Shown: positions 24,650-37,020, numbered from the whole stretch's first letter. The stretch: 62,865 nt of DNA, filler included, from Circinaria calcarea (GCA_051942165.1; 46 parts of 46 records of this genome joined end to end with filler, not necessarily neighbours in it); one strand, 5' to 3'. Numbers and translations are program-made. The notes: a model not told the origin generated them from the letters alone.

Positions 24650-25732
24650 CCTGCAAAGAACCACCCAGAAAAACCCCCCGGCTTCGAACCCGCAAACCTC
24701 TCCTCNNNNNNNNNNNNNNNNNNNNNNNNNNNNNNNNNNNNNNNNNNNNTTAATTAATTAANNNNNNNNNNNNNNNNNNNNNNNNNNNNNNNNNNNNNNN
24801 NNNNNACCATGCAAGTCTACCGTATGGCCTATCCAAAAGCACGACCGGGGAAGGAGGGGGAAGTTGGTTGATGGATGTATGAGTGAAGCTGGGGAAGATG
24901 TTGATGGAAGTGCGATGTTGGAGAAGAGGAGAAGAAGAAGAAGAAGGCCATGTGCATCAATATGCAAAGAACGCGGAAATCGGAGAGGGGTTTTGAGATG
25001 GGAAAGAAAAGAAAAGACGGAAAGCAGCAGCAGTTGAGCAGAATTAGCAATAGAATACAGTTACTCCCTGGTCTTTCATATGCGCATCCCATTAACCCGT
25101 AGCAGTTCAGTCTCCGCCATGTCTGTTCCCCATCTGATTCTCCCACGTTCAGGACCTCAAAAGGCCCTATGGTACGATGGACAGACCAGACCAGACCAGC
25201 GTCTTTGCCCCATCTATCTATTCTATCTAACCGTACCCCACTAAGCTTCGCTTAGTACCCAACACCCCAACGATAGAACAAGGTCAACAATAGAATCTAT
25301 TTTACATACAAAATAAAAGTTTTGAAACCTTGATATCTTTACAACGCAACGTCAGAAATTATTACTTTAAATTATAATCTTTATTCTAATACCCTAATTA
25401 ATTATACCGGAAAATTGTTTTTATCTTCGCGTATATAGATATCCTAAGATAAAGCTAATAGTAGATTTTGCGTATTATGAATTTTGATCTTCTAATTGCG
25501 ATTATCTAAATATAAGGATCCTCTACGAATAGTATGATGATCTTATGAAAAAAGGGTCGGTAAATTGTGTGATAATGAGCTCAATGGGTTCGCGTAAGCG
25601 TATGAATTATTGCTAAAGAATTCTGGTGTAACGCTTCGCGAGGAAAACCCTTCTCGCTAAGCTAACACCTCGTGACCTCGGTGTATAGTTCACCCGTAGG
25701 GTTCGTAGGGGTTCTCGGGTAGAGCCCTTACA

Positions 25733-26076
25733 ATCCTGTATTCTCGCAAAAATTTGAAAAAAAAAGAAAGAAAAAGGTATATCTTTCTTTTTTTTCTTTC
25801 AAATCCTGAGGGTTTTTTCCCTTGAAAATCCCCTAACCGAGTTTTTTTTTGGGGGGGGGGGTTTCAACTCTCGGAGATGATTAACAGAGTAATAATTGGC
25901 GGCTTTTTTCCGGATAGGCGGCTGGACCCCAAAAAAAGTTTGGTTATTTTATTTTCCCCCCTCCTACCTCGCTAACCGATCCCCCACCCACTAAAATAGT
26001 ACAGTAGTAGGCTTAAGGCCCCCTTGTATTCTTGGGATGGGGGGGGAGGGGCATTTATTAAGTCGAGTTGTCCACG
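25733..26076 (-). repeat. Dispersed repeat family C (copy without the LTR insertion)
   Basis: The reverse complement aligns over about 340 bp with 39216-39730, apart from the 178-bp insert. Confidence 0.85.
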
Positions 26077-26177
26077 NNNNNNNNNNNNNNNNNNNNNNNN
26101 NNNNNNNNNNNNNNNNNNNNTTAATTAATTAANNNNNNNNNNNNNNNNNNNNNNNNNNNNNNNNNNNNNNNNNNNNG

Positions 26178-26214
26178 AGATGGGGACGGAGGAGCGGATG
26201 GAGGCGAGGAACAA

Positions 26215-26245
<31 letters not shown>

Positions 26246-26376
26246 ACGAAGAAGAGGCGGATGGAGACGAGTCGAGAGGAAGTGTGGCCCCGAGCGTGAA
26301 GAGTAATGCCGTCAAGCGGAGTGCGAGCGTGCTGAGCGAAGGGAGTCAGAAGAGCACGAAAAGGCAGAAGAAGTAA
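26178..26376 (+). CDS. 3' end of an unidentified acidic protein with a basic NLS-like terminus (partial)
   Basis: ...DEEEADGDESRGSVAPSVKSNAVKRSASVLSEGSQKSTKRQKK*. Confidence 0.45.
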
Positions 26377-26896
26377 GTAGGCTTAGTTAGGGGGAGTCAC
26401 TTCCTAGTGATGAATTCCCCCCCCCCCCCCGTTGGAACTGTCAGAGACACGTTATGATGATTTGATGGTTGCAACTAGATAAGAGTATAGTATGCATCTT
26501 ACTGGGTCTTTTCTTACTCATCTATGCCTCCCTCTATACTACTATATACTAAAAGGCGAATGTAGAACCCGGGGGCTCGTGTATCGAGGTCGAGGTCGAG
26601 GTCGAGGATGAACAGCCAGCAAGCAAGCAAGCAAGCCAGCCATGATCTAATTGGTAGGCCCCATTTCCCCCCAAGCGCCGTGTGCAATGCATGCGTCTAC
26701 GCAATAATGCTCCTTTCTTCGCAAAAAACTCCCCACGCCACGCCATGCCATGCCATCGCTAAAGCCGAGCAAAGTAACAAGGAGAGAAGCCCATGCTGGA
26801 GAAGTCCCAGAAAGCCAAGCCAAGCCATGCAACGAATTGAAAAAGGGCCACAAAGCCCGATCCCCCCCTTTTTTTCCCCACCGCCCCTCACTCAAT

Positions 26897-27355
26897 CTAA
26901 GTGCACTGCCTCTCCCGTTCCCTCTCCCTCTCCTCCCCCCAAACCCGCCGACTCATCTCCAGCACACTCTCGAAGCCCTCCCTGCCCGCGCGCGCATTCT
27001 GCCCGAACCGCTCCACGCTCGCCTCCTCGATCTTCGTCTTGACCTTCTGCCAGCCGCCACAGAGCGCCGTGATCTTGGCTTCCTGCTGGAAATGCGTCTT
27101 TTCGCCTTGTCCGTCTGCCGAGTTGGAGCCGGAGCCGGAGCCGGGGTCGGAGCGGCGGTCGGGTTGATAGGTGACGGTTTCCCGCACGTTGAGGATGTTG
27201 GCCCAGGTGAGGTTGGTGGAGGACATGGTGACGGTTTTGCGGGCCGGGTCGACGTAGGACGTTTCGAGCACGCGGGAGATAGGGGGCCCGGAGAGGAGGG
27301 CGAGGACCCAGGCGGGGGCGGTTTGTTGGCAGGTTATGAGGCGTTCGGTGCGGAG
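26897..27355 (-). CDS. UPS2: PRELI/MSF1 mitochondrial lipid-transfer protein, last exon
   Basis: LRTERLITCQQTAPAW, ETSYVDP, STNLTWANILNVRETVTY, ERFGQNARAGREGFESVL. Confidence 0.88.
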   Translation of the reverse strand, partial: LRTERLITCQQTAPAWVLALLSGPPISRVLETSYVDPARKTVTMSSTNLTWANILNVRETVTYQPDRRSDPGSGSGSNSADGQGEKTHFQQEAKITALCGGWQKVKTKIEEASVERFGQNARAGREGFESVLEMSRRVWGEERERERERQCT

Positions 27356-27617
27356 CTGGTTGCGAAAAGCGTTTGTTAGCGGGTTGGTGGATTTTTGGGA
27401 GCTTTTCTTTTTTTGAGGCGGGGGGGGGAAATGGAAGGAGCAAAAGNNNNNNNNNNNNNNNNNNNNNNNNNNNNNNNNNNNNNNNNNNNNTTAATTAATT
27501 AANNNNNNNNNNNNNNNNNNNNNNNNNNNNNNNNNNNNNNNNNNNNCCCTCCCTTCTCCTCACCCCTATTCCCAACGCCGAGCTAACACCGCATCCCCCT
27601 CTCCTCCCCCCTCACAG

Positions 27618-28067
27618 AACAAAACCTCCTCCGCCGTCCAACTGAAACATCTCCCCAGCGGCATCGTCATAAAATCCCAAGCCACGCGCTCCAGGACCCA
27701 GAACCGGAAGATCGCCAGGAGGCTCCTGGCCGAGAAACTAGAGGTGTTAGAAAAGGGGCCCGAGAGTAGGGTTGCCGTCAAGGGGGAGATTCGGAGGAAG
27801 AAGAAGGCGAGCAAGAGCAAGAAGGCGAAGAGGAAGTACCGGGGAATGGCTGGGGAGGCAGGCGAGGCGAAGGATGGCGATGGTGTGGTGGAAAAGGAAG
27901 GAGAGGTGGGTGACGTGGGTGACCTGGAAGAGATCGATTACGAGAACGGCTGCAGAACAGTAGCCGAGGGGAAGGAGGGATACCAACCGGCGCTAGACGC
28001 CGCAAAGGACGAGAACCCCAGAGCAACAGGTGATGCAGACGAGGAGAACCAAAAGGGCAAGAGATGA
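27618..28067 (+). CDS. Mitochondrial RF-1 domain rescue factor (C12orf65/MTRFR-like), last exon
   Basis: After a CAG acceptor: NKTSSAVQLKHLPSGIVIKSQATRSRTQNRKIARRLLAEKLE plus a basic tail; the GGQ motif would be in the missing exon. Confidence 0.85.
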   Translation, partial: NKTSSAVQLKHLPSGIVIKSQATRSRTQNRKIARRLLAEKLEVLEKGPESRVAVKGEIRRKKKASKSKKAKRKYRGMAGEAGEAKDGDGVVEKEGEVGDVGDLEEIDYENGCRTVAEGKEGYQPALDAAKDENPRATGDADEENQKGKR

Positions 28068-29537
28068 CGGAAGAGAGGAGAATCGCCATGGTCGGAGAAT
28101 GACATGGCAAAATCACCGTCATGTCTAGGGTGGTGCGGAGCGGTCTCTAAACAATCCCCTCTTCAACGGCCTAAGATCCGAGCAAAAGCCACAGCTCGAG
28201 CTGGGCCCCGTTTTGGGAAAAAAAAAACCCCCCCCCAAAGTAATACCCGCCTTCTCTACTGGAGGGAGACCGGTGTGCCCCCCAAAAAAAAAGCCGTTGC
28301 AGCGGAAACAACAATCGGGTTAGGGTAAGGAGGATTGCCCCGTCCTGACATGATTTAAAAGATCAAAAGTCTTCTGAACTAAAATAATGTTAAAAGCCCT
28401 CAGGCGAATCCTATCACATAACAAGTAGTTTTACACACGGGTCCTCCTGGGTCCAACCGGTTTGCTTTCAGCATCCGCGTTTCTACTCAATCAGCCTCGA
28501 TAATGCCTCGATTCGGGGAGATTCCCTTTCAATTCTAGTATCTGTATCGTTCCGTCTAAGGTACATAATTTCTCCAAAACAATCACATCATAGGCTTAAT
28601 AACCTCTCGGCTCACAGCTAGCCCCGTGCAGAGTTAACCGTTTTTTAATAAATTGCAAAGAGCGGGCTCGTAAACGAACAAGTATCTCAAATCACAAATT
28701 TCCGCCAAATCTCCAAGACTAGCCCTTCGTCAAACTCGTTACAGTCGTGCAAGCCATAGCAAGCAGTCGCTGCGGTATGAAACATATGATAAGCAGATGG
28801 TATGATGTGAAATGGNNNNNNNNNNNNNNNNNNNNNNNNNNNNNNNNNNNNNNNNNNNNTTAATTAATTAANNNNNNNNNNNNNNNNNNNNNNNNNNNNN
28901 NNNNNNNNNNNNNNNGGGGTGGCGGGAGTCGAGGGGGAGGAGGTAATGGGTTCCACGTGCGTGGGAAAAAGGAGAAGACGAGGGGCCAGGGCAGGCTGGG
29001 AAAGGAGGACAAGGCTGAATTGATGGGAGCAGCCCAGCAATATTGATTCCAAAGTCAAGACTTACTTGCACTGCATAGGTAGCTAGTTAACGTCATCGAC
29101 GTAGGTTTGGACGGTCGGCTCCGCTCATGTGACCCCGGACGCTCATTCTCGGATGGCCATCGTCAATATCGAGAGAGGTCCTCAATGTACGTCGCTGTTG
29201 ACTCACCCAATGAGCATTACGGACGACTGTTCCTACGTGAGACAATATCGTTCACACAGCTGTGATGGCTTTTGAAGGAGAGTCATTATAGGACGGGCAT
29301 TCGCTTGTTCTCGTGGTGACCTAGTAGAATTTCAAGTTCGGGAAAAATGGCCGAGAGCAGTATCTGACGCTAAATCGCCGAGTACCTTGATAGTTGAACC
29401 GCTTTTCCCTATTCCAGCAATGCTTACCCATAGCGTACCGAGATCACTTCACACTGAACGTCCATATGACTGTACAATTCCCGAGGGTTGGCATAGTCCC
29501 CGCCCTGGTACCCTATCTCACTGTCATGTTTCCCAGA

Positions 29538-30120
29538 TTACTCCACCTTACTGTCAAAAGTTTCTCCCGGCACCAGATCCGGGATGTCGTCGTCGTCGTC
29601 ATCTCCCTTTTTGTCGCTATCTTCTCCACCTTCCTTCTTCTGCATGCTCTGGTAACTTTCAGCGAGTTTGCGAAGGGAGGCAAGACTGTCGGGGCCGAGT
29701 TGGTTGAGTATACCGGGGACGAGCTCGGTAAGCTCTTTGTCTTCGCCATTGCCGTAGATGGCAAAGGTGTTGGATGGGACGGATGCGTGGACTATGTAGA
29801 ATAGATATGAATCAGCGGTAAGGACACGGGAAGCCCATGAAAGGACTTGAAGTTAATAGCGCCATCATAGAGTGTATTGTCACACTTCTTTGATTAAATT
29901 GAGGCTGAATGGGCTCTCGAACGAGACTCGTGGGAATGAGAACCCACCCTTTGGCGCGGCGAAGTGGATAACATTGCCGTCCTCCTTGAACATGTTCACT
30001 TCCTCAATTGCTTGTATGGGCTGCACGTTCATCTTCTTCAATGATGTTTGAAGCTTCTTGTCGTCTGACCCCGAGCTCTTGTGGACTTTTTTCATCTTTC
30101 GCCGGGGTGTTCCCTTCCCC
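29538..30120 (-). CDS. EGD1: Nascent polypeptide-associated complex beta subunit (partial); intron 29792-29947
   Basis: [70 protein letters not shown]. Confidence 0.97.
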
Positions 30121-32361
30121 CTAAAAATTCAGAGTATATCAGCCTTTGAACCCGAATAGAAAGGTCTTCCACCGGATAGTAGCANNNNNNNNNNNNNNNN
30201 NNNNNNNNNNNNNNNNNNNNNNNNNNNNTTAATTAATTAANNNNNNNNNNNNNNNNNNNNNNNNNNNNNNNNNNNNNNNNNNNNCCCTACCCCTCCCTTC
30301 CTCCTGATCAAATCAAGCCCCCTTCCTCCCTTCCTCCATCCCTTCCTCCATCCGTCTAGGGGAAAAACCCAGGAGAAGAAGAAGAAGAAGACTTCATTTT
30401 CGAACAAACGAAAAAAAAGGGGGGGGGGGGAAGGGACGGTGGCAGCGAAGCGCGCGTGCGTGTATAAAACTTGCCTTGCGCATCTCCCCCTTGTCTTCCT
30501 TCTCCTTTCCCTCGCCCGATCTAAAGGCCCGGAATTGTTTTTTTTTTTTTGATTTCGTAGAGGCCAGCAATAGCAATATGTGGTGAGTCGGCATTCGAAT
30601 GCTTATACTATAGCCCAACGAAAACTCAACTCAACCCAACTAAAAACTCACCTACATAATCTAATGCAACCCCGCAAGGTGCCATTTTAATTTTAGGGGG
30701 GGGAAGGGCGGTTGGTGTATGTAGGAGTGAACAAAGTGTTGAGTATAAAGGTTCGTATTTACCCCCGTAGTCTGTCTGTCTGTAGTCTGTAGCCCGTAGT
30801 CTGTAGCCCGTATGGTAATCTGTCTATAGTCTGTAGATGACCACCGGGAAAACCTCTCCACCTCCAACCCCCCCACGAATCTATCCATCTATCTATCTAT
30901 GCATGCCTTTATGCCTTTTCCACACCATTCGGTTCTTTTCTTCAGTGATCTGGACTGGACAGGACAGGACAAGACTAGACCAGACCCGACCCATTTTTCG
31001 AGACACTCTCTCTCTCTCTCTCTGTGGTACCTAGTCGTAGGGAAGGGAAGGGGAGGGAAGAAAAAAGTGGGAGTAAGGCTTTAAGACTAGGAAGGGGAAA
31101 GGGGAAAGGGAAAAGGGGAAGGGAAGGGAGGGGGAAATGCGTAGAGGTGGTAGGTAGGTAGGTAGGCAGGTGAGAGGATGGAGATGGAATGGAATGGAAT
31201 GGAATGGAAAGAGGAAGGTGGAAGGTGAAAGGAAAGAGAGGATAAGTCTTGCGTATTTTCCGACGTAGGGGCATACATACAACATCGAGGCAGCTCAAGG
31301 GTTCATACACACTCTATACCGCCAGGAGAACCAACCAAATGTCGTGTTGAACAGAGAAGGGGTTTTCATTCCAACAGGCAGGTCAGTCCAAATAGGGCCG
31401 GACAGAATGCCATGATTCCCCCCGAATGCGATCGGTCCCCATCTCATCTAGAGTACAGCCAGCCCAGTAATCTCCTCAAACCTTCAAAACCCAGTCCTCC
31501 CCTCACTAAATACCTACCCCATTACGCCTCCGGTCTTTCCTTTCCCCTCCCCNNNNNNNNNNNNNNNNNNNNNNNNNNNNNNNNNNNNNNNNNNNNTTAA
31601 TTAATTAANNNNNNNNNNNNNNNNNNNNNNNNNNNNNNNNNNNNNNNNNNNNACAAGGCTCCGGCGCTCAACCTCCATCCCAGCAGTATTTCCCCCCCCC
31701 CCCACCCCAAACCAAATAGGCAGATTTAAGATATTAGATATCCCGCCTCCGCTCTGGAGTGCCTCTCGGATATATATTACCTTGCCCGATGGAGAATTTT
31801 TCCTTCAATGTTTTTTTTTTTTTAAGGTTGGGCTGGGGGAACTGAATGGTGTGCGTGCCTCCGTTTCAGAATAGATTGAACTTTGGCCTTTTCCCCCATG
31901 GGGTTTTGGTTGCCGTGGTAAAGGGGCAGTCAAGTAAGAAACATGGAAATCTTTTTGCGTTTCTCCCCAAAAAAAAGAAAGAAGAAAAAAAAAAGTGTCC
32001 ATTTGTCTAGCTTTTTTTTTTTCCCCCGCGTGTGCGTGTTCAGCTTTGGAGACGTCCTATCGTCTATAGCTCCTATAGGAGAAAAATGTCCATTAGGTGT
32101 AGGAAAATCCTCAGGTGCTTCTTTTTGGTCCAGGGTATGGGCATTGGGGATTGGTATTATTTCCCAGTCAACCTGAGGAATAAGGGCACACGCACAGGGT
32201 ATACGGCCCTTCCTCTTCCCCCTGGAGTACGCGTCTAATTTCTGGGTATGGACGTCCATCCAAAAGCGTAGCTCTATACGTATGCGGAAACAGCACTCTG
32301 GTGCTTGGTATCCTCAAGCAAAAACTCCTCCCCCTTCCCACCCCCCCAAATCAAAAATTCC

Positions 32362-32920
32362 TTACTTCCTCTCCTCATAATATTTTGCCATCTCCAGCCC
32401 CGTCCGCTTATACCCGCACTTGACGTAGAAGCCCTCGTTTGCTTCCGAGCAGTCGAGGATCGTCTATTCCCCCATTGATCAGCGATAGATTTCCCCGGAA
32501 TCAGAACTGACAAGCGGAACGGAAGAAGATACCTTATAACAGCCCACCCTCTCGGCCACACCCCCCAGCGCCTCGATAATCCGGAGTCCCAGCTTCTTTC
32601 CCTGCTGGTCTTTGGCCACGGCAATGTCTTCAATGTGCCCGACAAGGCCGAGGTTGTGGATGCTGTAGATTCCCCAATAGTAACCCGAACGTTAGCGCAT
32701 CTATTCCCGGCAGCCTTCCAGAAACCGAAAGAGAAGACCCGAGAGAGGAGAAGGGAAGACTGACAACTTCCTCTCCACCACTAACCCACCCGTCCCCACA
32801 ACCATACCCTTCTCATCCTCCACCACGACGATAAAATACTCTCCTCCTTCTTCTCCACCCCCTCTCTTCCTCTCACCCTCTTCTTTCTTCCCCCCTTGCT
32901 GCCCCACTTCCTCTTTGTCC
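32362..32920 (-). CDS. GNA1: Glucosamine-6-phosphate N-acetyltransferase (partial); introns 32663-32764 and 32464-32532
   Basis: VVGTGGLVVERKF|IHNLGLVGHIEDIAVAKDQQGKKLG..GCYK|TILDCSEANEGFYVKCG. Confidence 0.95.
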
Positions 32921-33020
32921 NNNNNNNNNNNNNNNNNNNNNNNNNNNNNNNNNNNNNNNNNNNNTTAATTAATTAANNNNNNNNNNNNNNNNNNNNNNNN
33001 NNNNNNNNNNNNNNNNNNNN

Positions 33021-34288
33021 CCCAGGAACCATCAGGCCTAAGATCCATGCGTCGGAACGGAAGGTACTCCATCATCTTCCATGAGAGGACGGAACTGTGC
33101 GGTAGGCCGTTGTTGAAAATGAGACAATCGTGGATCTTCCCTTGAGTGGCTGCACTATGCAAGGTCTGATGGAAAATCGGCGGAACACCAGCATCTCTGG
33201 TTGCTCCATCATATCTTTCAGCCGTCGGCGTTTTCGGCACATCCAGAGAGCCTGGACTCGTAACTCTGAGTTGTGGAACAGAGGCAAGACGTTGTCGATT
33301 CGGTTTGGCGTCGGACATTGAGTAGCTTTCGAAGCCGTCATCGCAGCATTTCATCTTTAACATTTTTTGGTAATCGAATCGTAGGCCTGCCTTACGAGCT
33401 TCTCGTACGATCCAAACCAAAGGTACATGACTTAGTGGGGCTTCTTCCCCTGGAGAAAGTTCCCAGCCTCCACCAATGTCCTGTCAGAAGTCAGCGACCA
33501 ATCAGTTTTGAACTCCAACTACATGGTGATAGTGAGCTACCGCCGGTGAACTTCTAGAGTTGCGGGTTACAAGTGCATCATAAATGCTGGAGTCTTCCGA
33601 TGCACTTCCAACACCTCTTTATACACTAAGAAAAAGCACACTCCGCGATGTACCAATGATGTCTTCTTCTCCTTCCTCTCCAAAAGGGGTAGAGGATATG
33701 CATCGTCCATCTCACACATTGCGATACAACTTACCGCGTGACAGCCAGGAAACCACATCTCCTCTATATCTTGGGCCTTCGCCTCATCTTCGTCATCACC
33801 ATCGTCTAGAGACCGTGGTGATATGTCAAGCGATGTCTGCGAACTAACTGTATTCAAAGATATGGCATCCTGTCCAGTCGCCCTACCAGGAGATTTGGCT
33901 GGGCTAGTTGACCTCTCATGATTGCGTTGCACACTTAGAAAAGCCTGGCTTGGACGTCTGAACCGCTTAGAGGTTGGGTTTTGAGATGCAGATGCCAGTT
34001 TCAACCCTTCCGAAGGGCTGCTAGCACTATCAGGCTTCTTTGCCGCACGCCGGCCGCGATGGCGGTGATGATGATTTGACCCCGTTGCTCGGGTCTCACT
34101 GATTAAATCTTGACGGAACTGCCAGCTGTAAACGACTGCTTTGCCACAATAGTTGCTTCTACGATACCTTTGCTCGCCGCTCGTCTATCCCCACCGCATG
34201 GCGTATTATCAAAGCCGAGGATTTTGCCGTATATGGGAACTTACTCCTCTGCATCCAAGCATTCTCGAATCGAGGAACGGAATTCACT
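33021..34288 (-). CDS. DUF2235 (Tle1-like alpha/beta hydrolase) protein, internal part, two introns
   Basis: VNSVPRFE, IRHAVGIDERRAK|FRQDL, EMWFPGCHA|DIGGGW, LSHVPLVWIVREA, WKMMEYLPFRRMDL. Confidence 0.88.
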
Positions 34289-34388
34289 NNNNNNNNNNNN
34301 NNNNNNNNNNNNNNNNNNNNNNNNNNNNNNNNTTAATTAATTAANNNNNNNNNNNNNNNNNNNNNNNNNNNNNNNNNNNNNNNNNNNN

Positions 34389-34844
34389 GGCATTCTGGAG
34401 AAGATGTTCTTCGATCGACTGATTTCCCCAGGCGAAGTTGACAAGTTTTCCGGAAAACTTGCCTCTCATCAGCTTGCACAGACTGCTGATGGCTCGACGG
34501 TACTGGCAAAGGCTGTGACGGAGCATAACTTGCTTGGGGCCTCCAGGCTTTATAACAATATTGGGATTGACGAGCTGGGGTCATTACTTGGCCTAGATGC
34601 CGACAAAGCGGAAGGATATGCAGCTCGGATGTTGGAGCAAGGTCGCTTGGCTGGCAGGATTGATCAGATTAATAATGTGATCTTTTTCGAAGGTCGCGAG
34701 GGGACAGGTGGGAAGGTGACTGCAGGTGCAGTGGGGTTGCGAAAATGGGATGTCAGTGTGCAGGGGTTGTCTGAAGAGGTTGAGCGAGTCACATCATTTT
34801 TGCAATCGCAATACTCGATGCTTGATAGAGCTTTAATTATTTAA
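34389..34844 (+). CDS. CSN4: COP9 signalosome subunit 4, C-terminal PCI region (partial)
   Basis: ILEKMFFDRLI, HQLAQTADGSTVLAKAVTEHNLLGASRLYNNI, AARMLEQGRLAGRIDQI. Confidence 0.92.
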   Translation, partial: GILEKMFFDRLISPGEVDKFSGKLASHQLAQTADGSTVLAKAVTEHNLLGASRLYNNIGIDELGSLLGLDADKAEGYAARMLEQGRLAGRIDQINNVIFFEGREGTGGKVTAGAVGLRKWDVSVQGLSEEVERVTSFLQSQYSMLDRALII

Positions 34845-35297
34845 ATCAACAAAACAAATCAAATCTTCCGGCAAATAAGAAAATAATATTACTTTTTCAA
34901 ATAGATTTTGAATTTAATAATTCATTTTAAAACGGAATATAAATTTATTATTGTTAGGTAGGCGGGTTTATCCCATCAGCATAACGTGTTGGCTACACGA
35001 AGCTAAATACATGGCCCATAGGGCTGCGCCGGGCCGACATGCCTCCGTGTGTAGGGAAGCCCAGGGCTGATCCGCAGCAATTGCCCCCTTTTGAAAAAAT
35101 GCTAGCGCCCTTGTTGGCAGTGGTGGTGTATACACTGCATTACCTACGTGCTTTCATTCCATGTAACAACGACCTTATTCGGTCAACGACTCGCTGAATG
35201 GCAGCGGTTCCACCCCCTGTGTCCCGTGTATTATTCCTCCACGGCTTGCCCAATTGGCGACGGCGGCGTGTAAGCGGCAGCGGAGTGTGCGGAGTGT

Positions 35298-35512
35298 TGT
35301 AAGGGCGCTGCAATCCTTGGGGCCTATTGAGGAATATGATAAGTCCCGATTAGTAATAACACGGTTACATAGGGTGTAATTGAACTGTTGCCCTAGGCTT
35401 AATATAAAAGAAGTATATTGAACTTATTATGGTTCTATAAACATGCTATTCTAATGAGCGCCGAATAGCCTATCTATATACAATAATTGCTCCCTATACT
35501 CCCATTGCTCTC
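35298..35512 (-). mobile_element. LTR family B, 3' half (ends ...GCGCCCTTACA), RIP-mutated
   Basis: The reverse complement aligns with about 50480-50649 and 43690-43839. Confidence 0.85.
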
Positions 35513-35654
35513 TGTTACGTCCCTAAGCTTCTTAGGCAAAGGCAATGCTAGTCACTGGTATAAGGCGGGGCCTCTGTGATCTGCACTAAGGTTCTATACC
35601 AATCACCTGGCAAGTAATGAGTGACAATAGAAGTATATTGCTACACTTGTAAGG
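35513..35654 (+). mobile_element. LTR family A terminus abutting, or nested in, LTR B
   Basis: Starts TGTTACGTCCCTAAGCTTCTTAGGC; second copy at 20731-20848. Confidence 0.75.
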
Positions 35655-36885
35655 NNNNNNNNNNNNNNNNNNNNNNNNNNNNNNNNNNNNNNNNNNNNTT
35701 AATTAATTAANNNNNNNNNNNNNNNNNNNNNNNNNNNNNNNNNNNNNNNNNNNNAGACGGGTAACGCAAGCAGTTGAGAGATTGGCGGATATCAACCGAC
35801 ATCCACGCTGCAGTGATGGAGGGAACCCTTGAAAAGAGGTCTGATTGAGAATTTGAGGTCTCTTGGGATAGAAACGATTCAACGAGAAACTATGGCTTGA
35901 AAGTGGGTTTTGGTCCACCAACACAGAAGATCCCTAGCTGACAAGGAGGTGAAGCAGAGTGAATTCAATGTCCTGTATGTAGTTGAGAGTAGAGGAAGCT
36001 ATTGAAGATCCTCTTTGAGAGATTACGAAGAGAAGATGTAGATAACCGCGACTACCTGTAGGTCACAATAGCTTGCCTCGAGTGTAGAGGAAGTACCTTG
36101 GTTATCCGGTGGCGAGAAGGAGAAAGAGAAAGGTGTTGTTGAGGGTATCCGAACAGATTAAGTACTTGGGAGTTGGGATGAAGCTGCCTTCCACGGTTCC
36201 CCCAATCATGGGAGACCCGGCGATCAATCTCTCGGCCCGTGTGCTGGGCTTGCATAACGGCGGGAACTAAGTTGCATTGATAATGCCATCGTGACTTGGT
36301 CGACGCCAGGACAGGGCCTGGTGGCCATATTGTTGACCGTTTCCTTGACTCCATGGGCCCAATCACGGCAGAGGCGGTCCAACCACCCATGCGGCAGATA
36401 AGGGTTATTTGTCCGCGTGGTGTGCCTCCATAGGCGACCGCCCGCAGGGGACCTGCAATCTTTTTCTCCGATCTGCTTCTGCAGTGCATAGTCGCCCTTC
36501 CGTAATTGGCACTAAGGCATCTGATAGTGACATCGGTTACGGCGACAGTGCCTCAAAGTGTGGTGATGGAAGATGAACGTGATCTCAGCATTGGCATGTA
36601 TTCATTCATCTGGACATTATTATTGCATTCTATCAACATTAGTGCGACTAATCTCCGGAGCTCGTCCACCAAGTCTACATGGGTTTTCGCTTGATTCCCA
36701 CCTTTTGGATTCTGGTGGAACATGATCGACCTACCCGCAGATGAGGCTCTCTTAGATGACGGGTACTTTTAATTCTACGTATTTCCCTAGACACTCTAAT
36801 TTAAAGTTATGGAGAGAAGGTCGGGTGTCGGCGCTTCAACTGCGAATTGCATTGTAACTCTGTTGATGCCATGCTTCCCAAAGTC

Positions 36886-37020
36886 TCACATCCTCCTGAT
36901 TTGCTTTTCATCCATGTATTTCTCCAATCCTCCATCGAGGTGTTCCCACCATTCAAACAGCATCGAGTGGCAGATTAGCTTGAACCACGGCGTAAACTTG
37001 AGACTGTCGTCCTTGAACAT
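36886..37020 (-). CDS. IDI1: Isopentenyl-diphosphate delta-isomerase, C-terminal end; missed by the ORF track
   Basis: MFKDDSLKFTPWFKLICHSMLFEWWEHLDGGLEKYMDEKQIRRM*. Confidence 0.9.
   Translation of the reverse strand: MFKDDSLKFTPWFKLICHSMLFEWWEHLDGGLEKYMDEKQIRRM

Noticed and set aside
24670..24705. Minus-strand GGTTCGAAGCC tRNA B-box-like motif at a contig end
   Set aside because: The T-stem pairs only 3 of 5, and the rest is cut off by the linker
25627..25732. 106-bp TGTAA...TTACA segment with an end similar to LTR B
   Set aside because: No TSD and no internal homology to other copies; possibly an LTR remnant but unsupported
29792..29947. Box C/D snoRNA in the 156-bp EGD1 intron
   Set aside because: The box C is imperfect and the only CTGA coincides with the branch site; no rRNA guide identified
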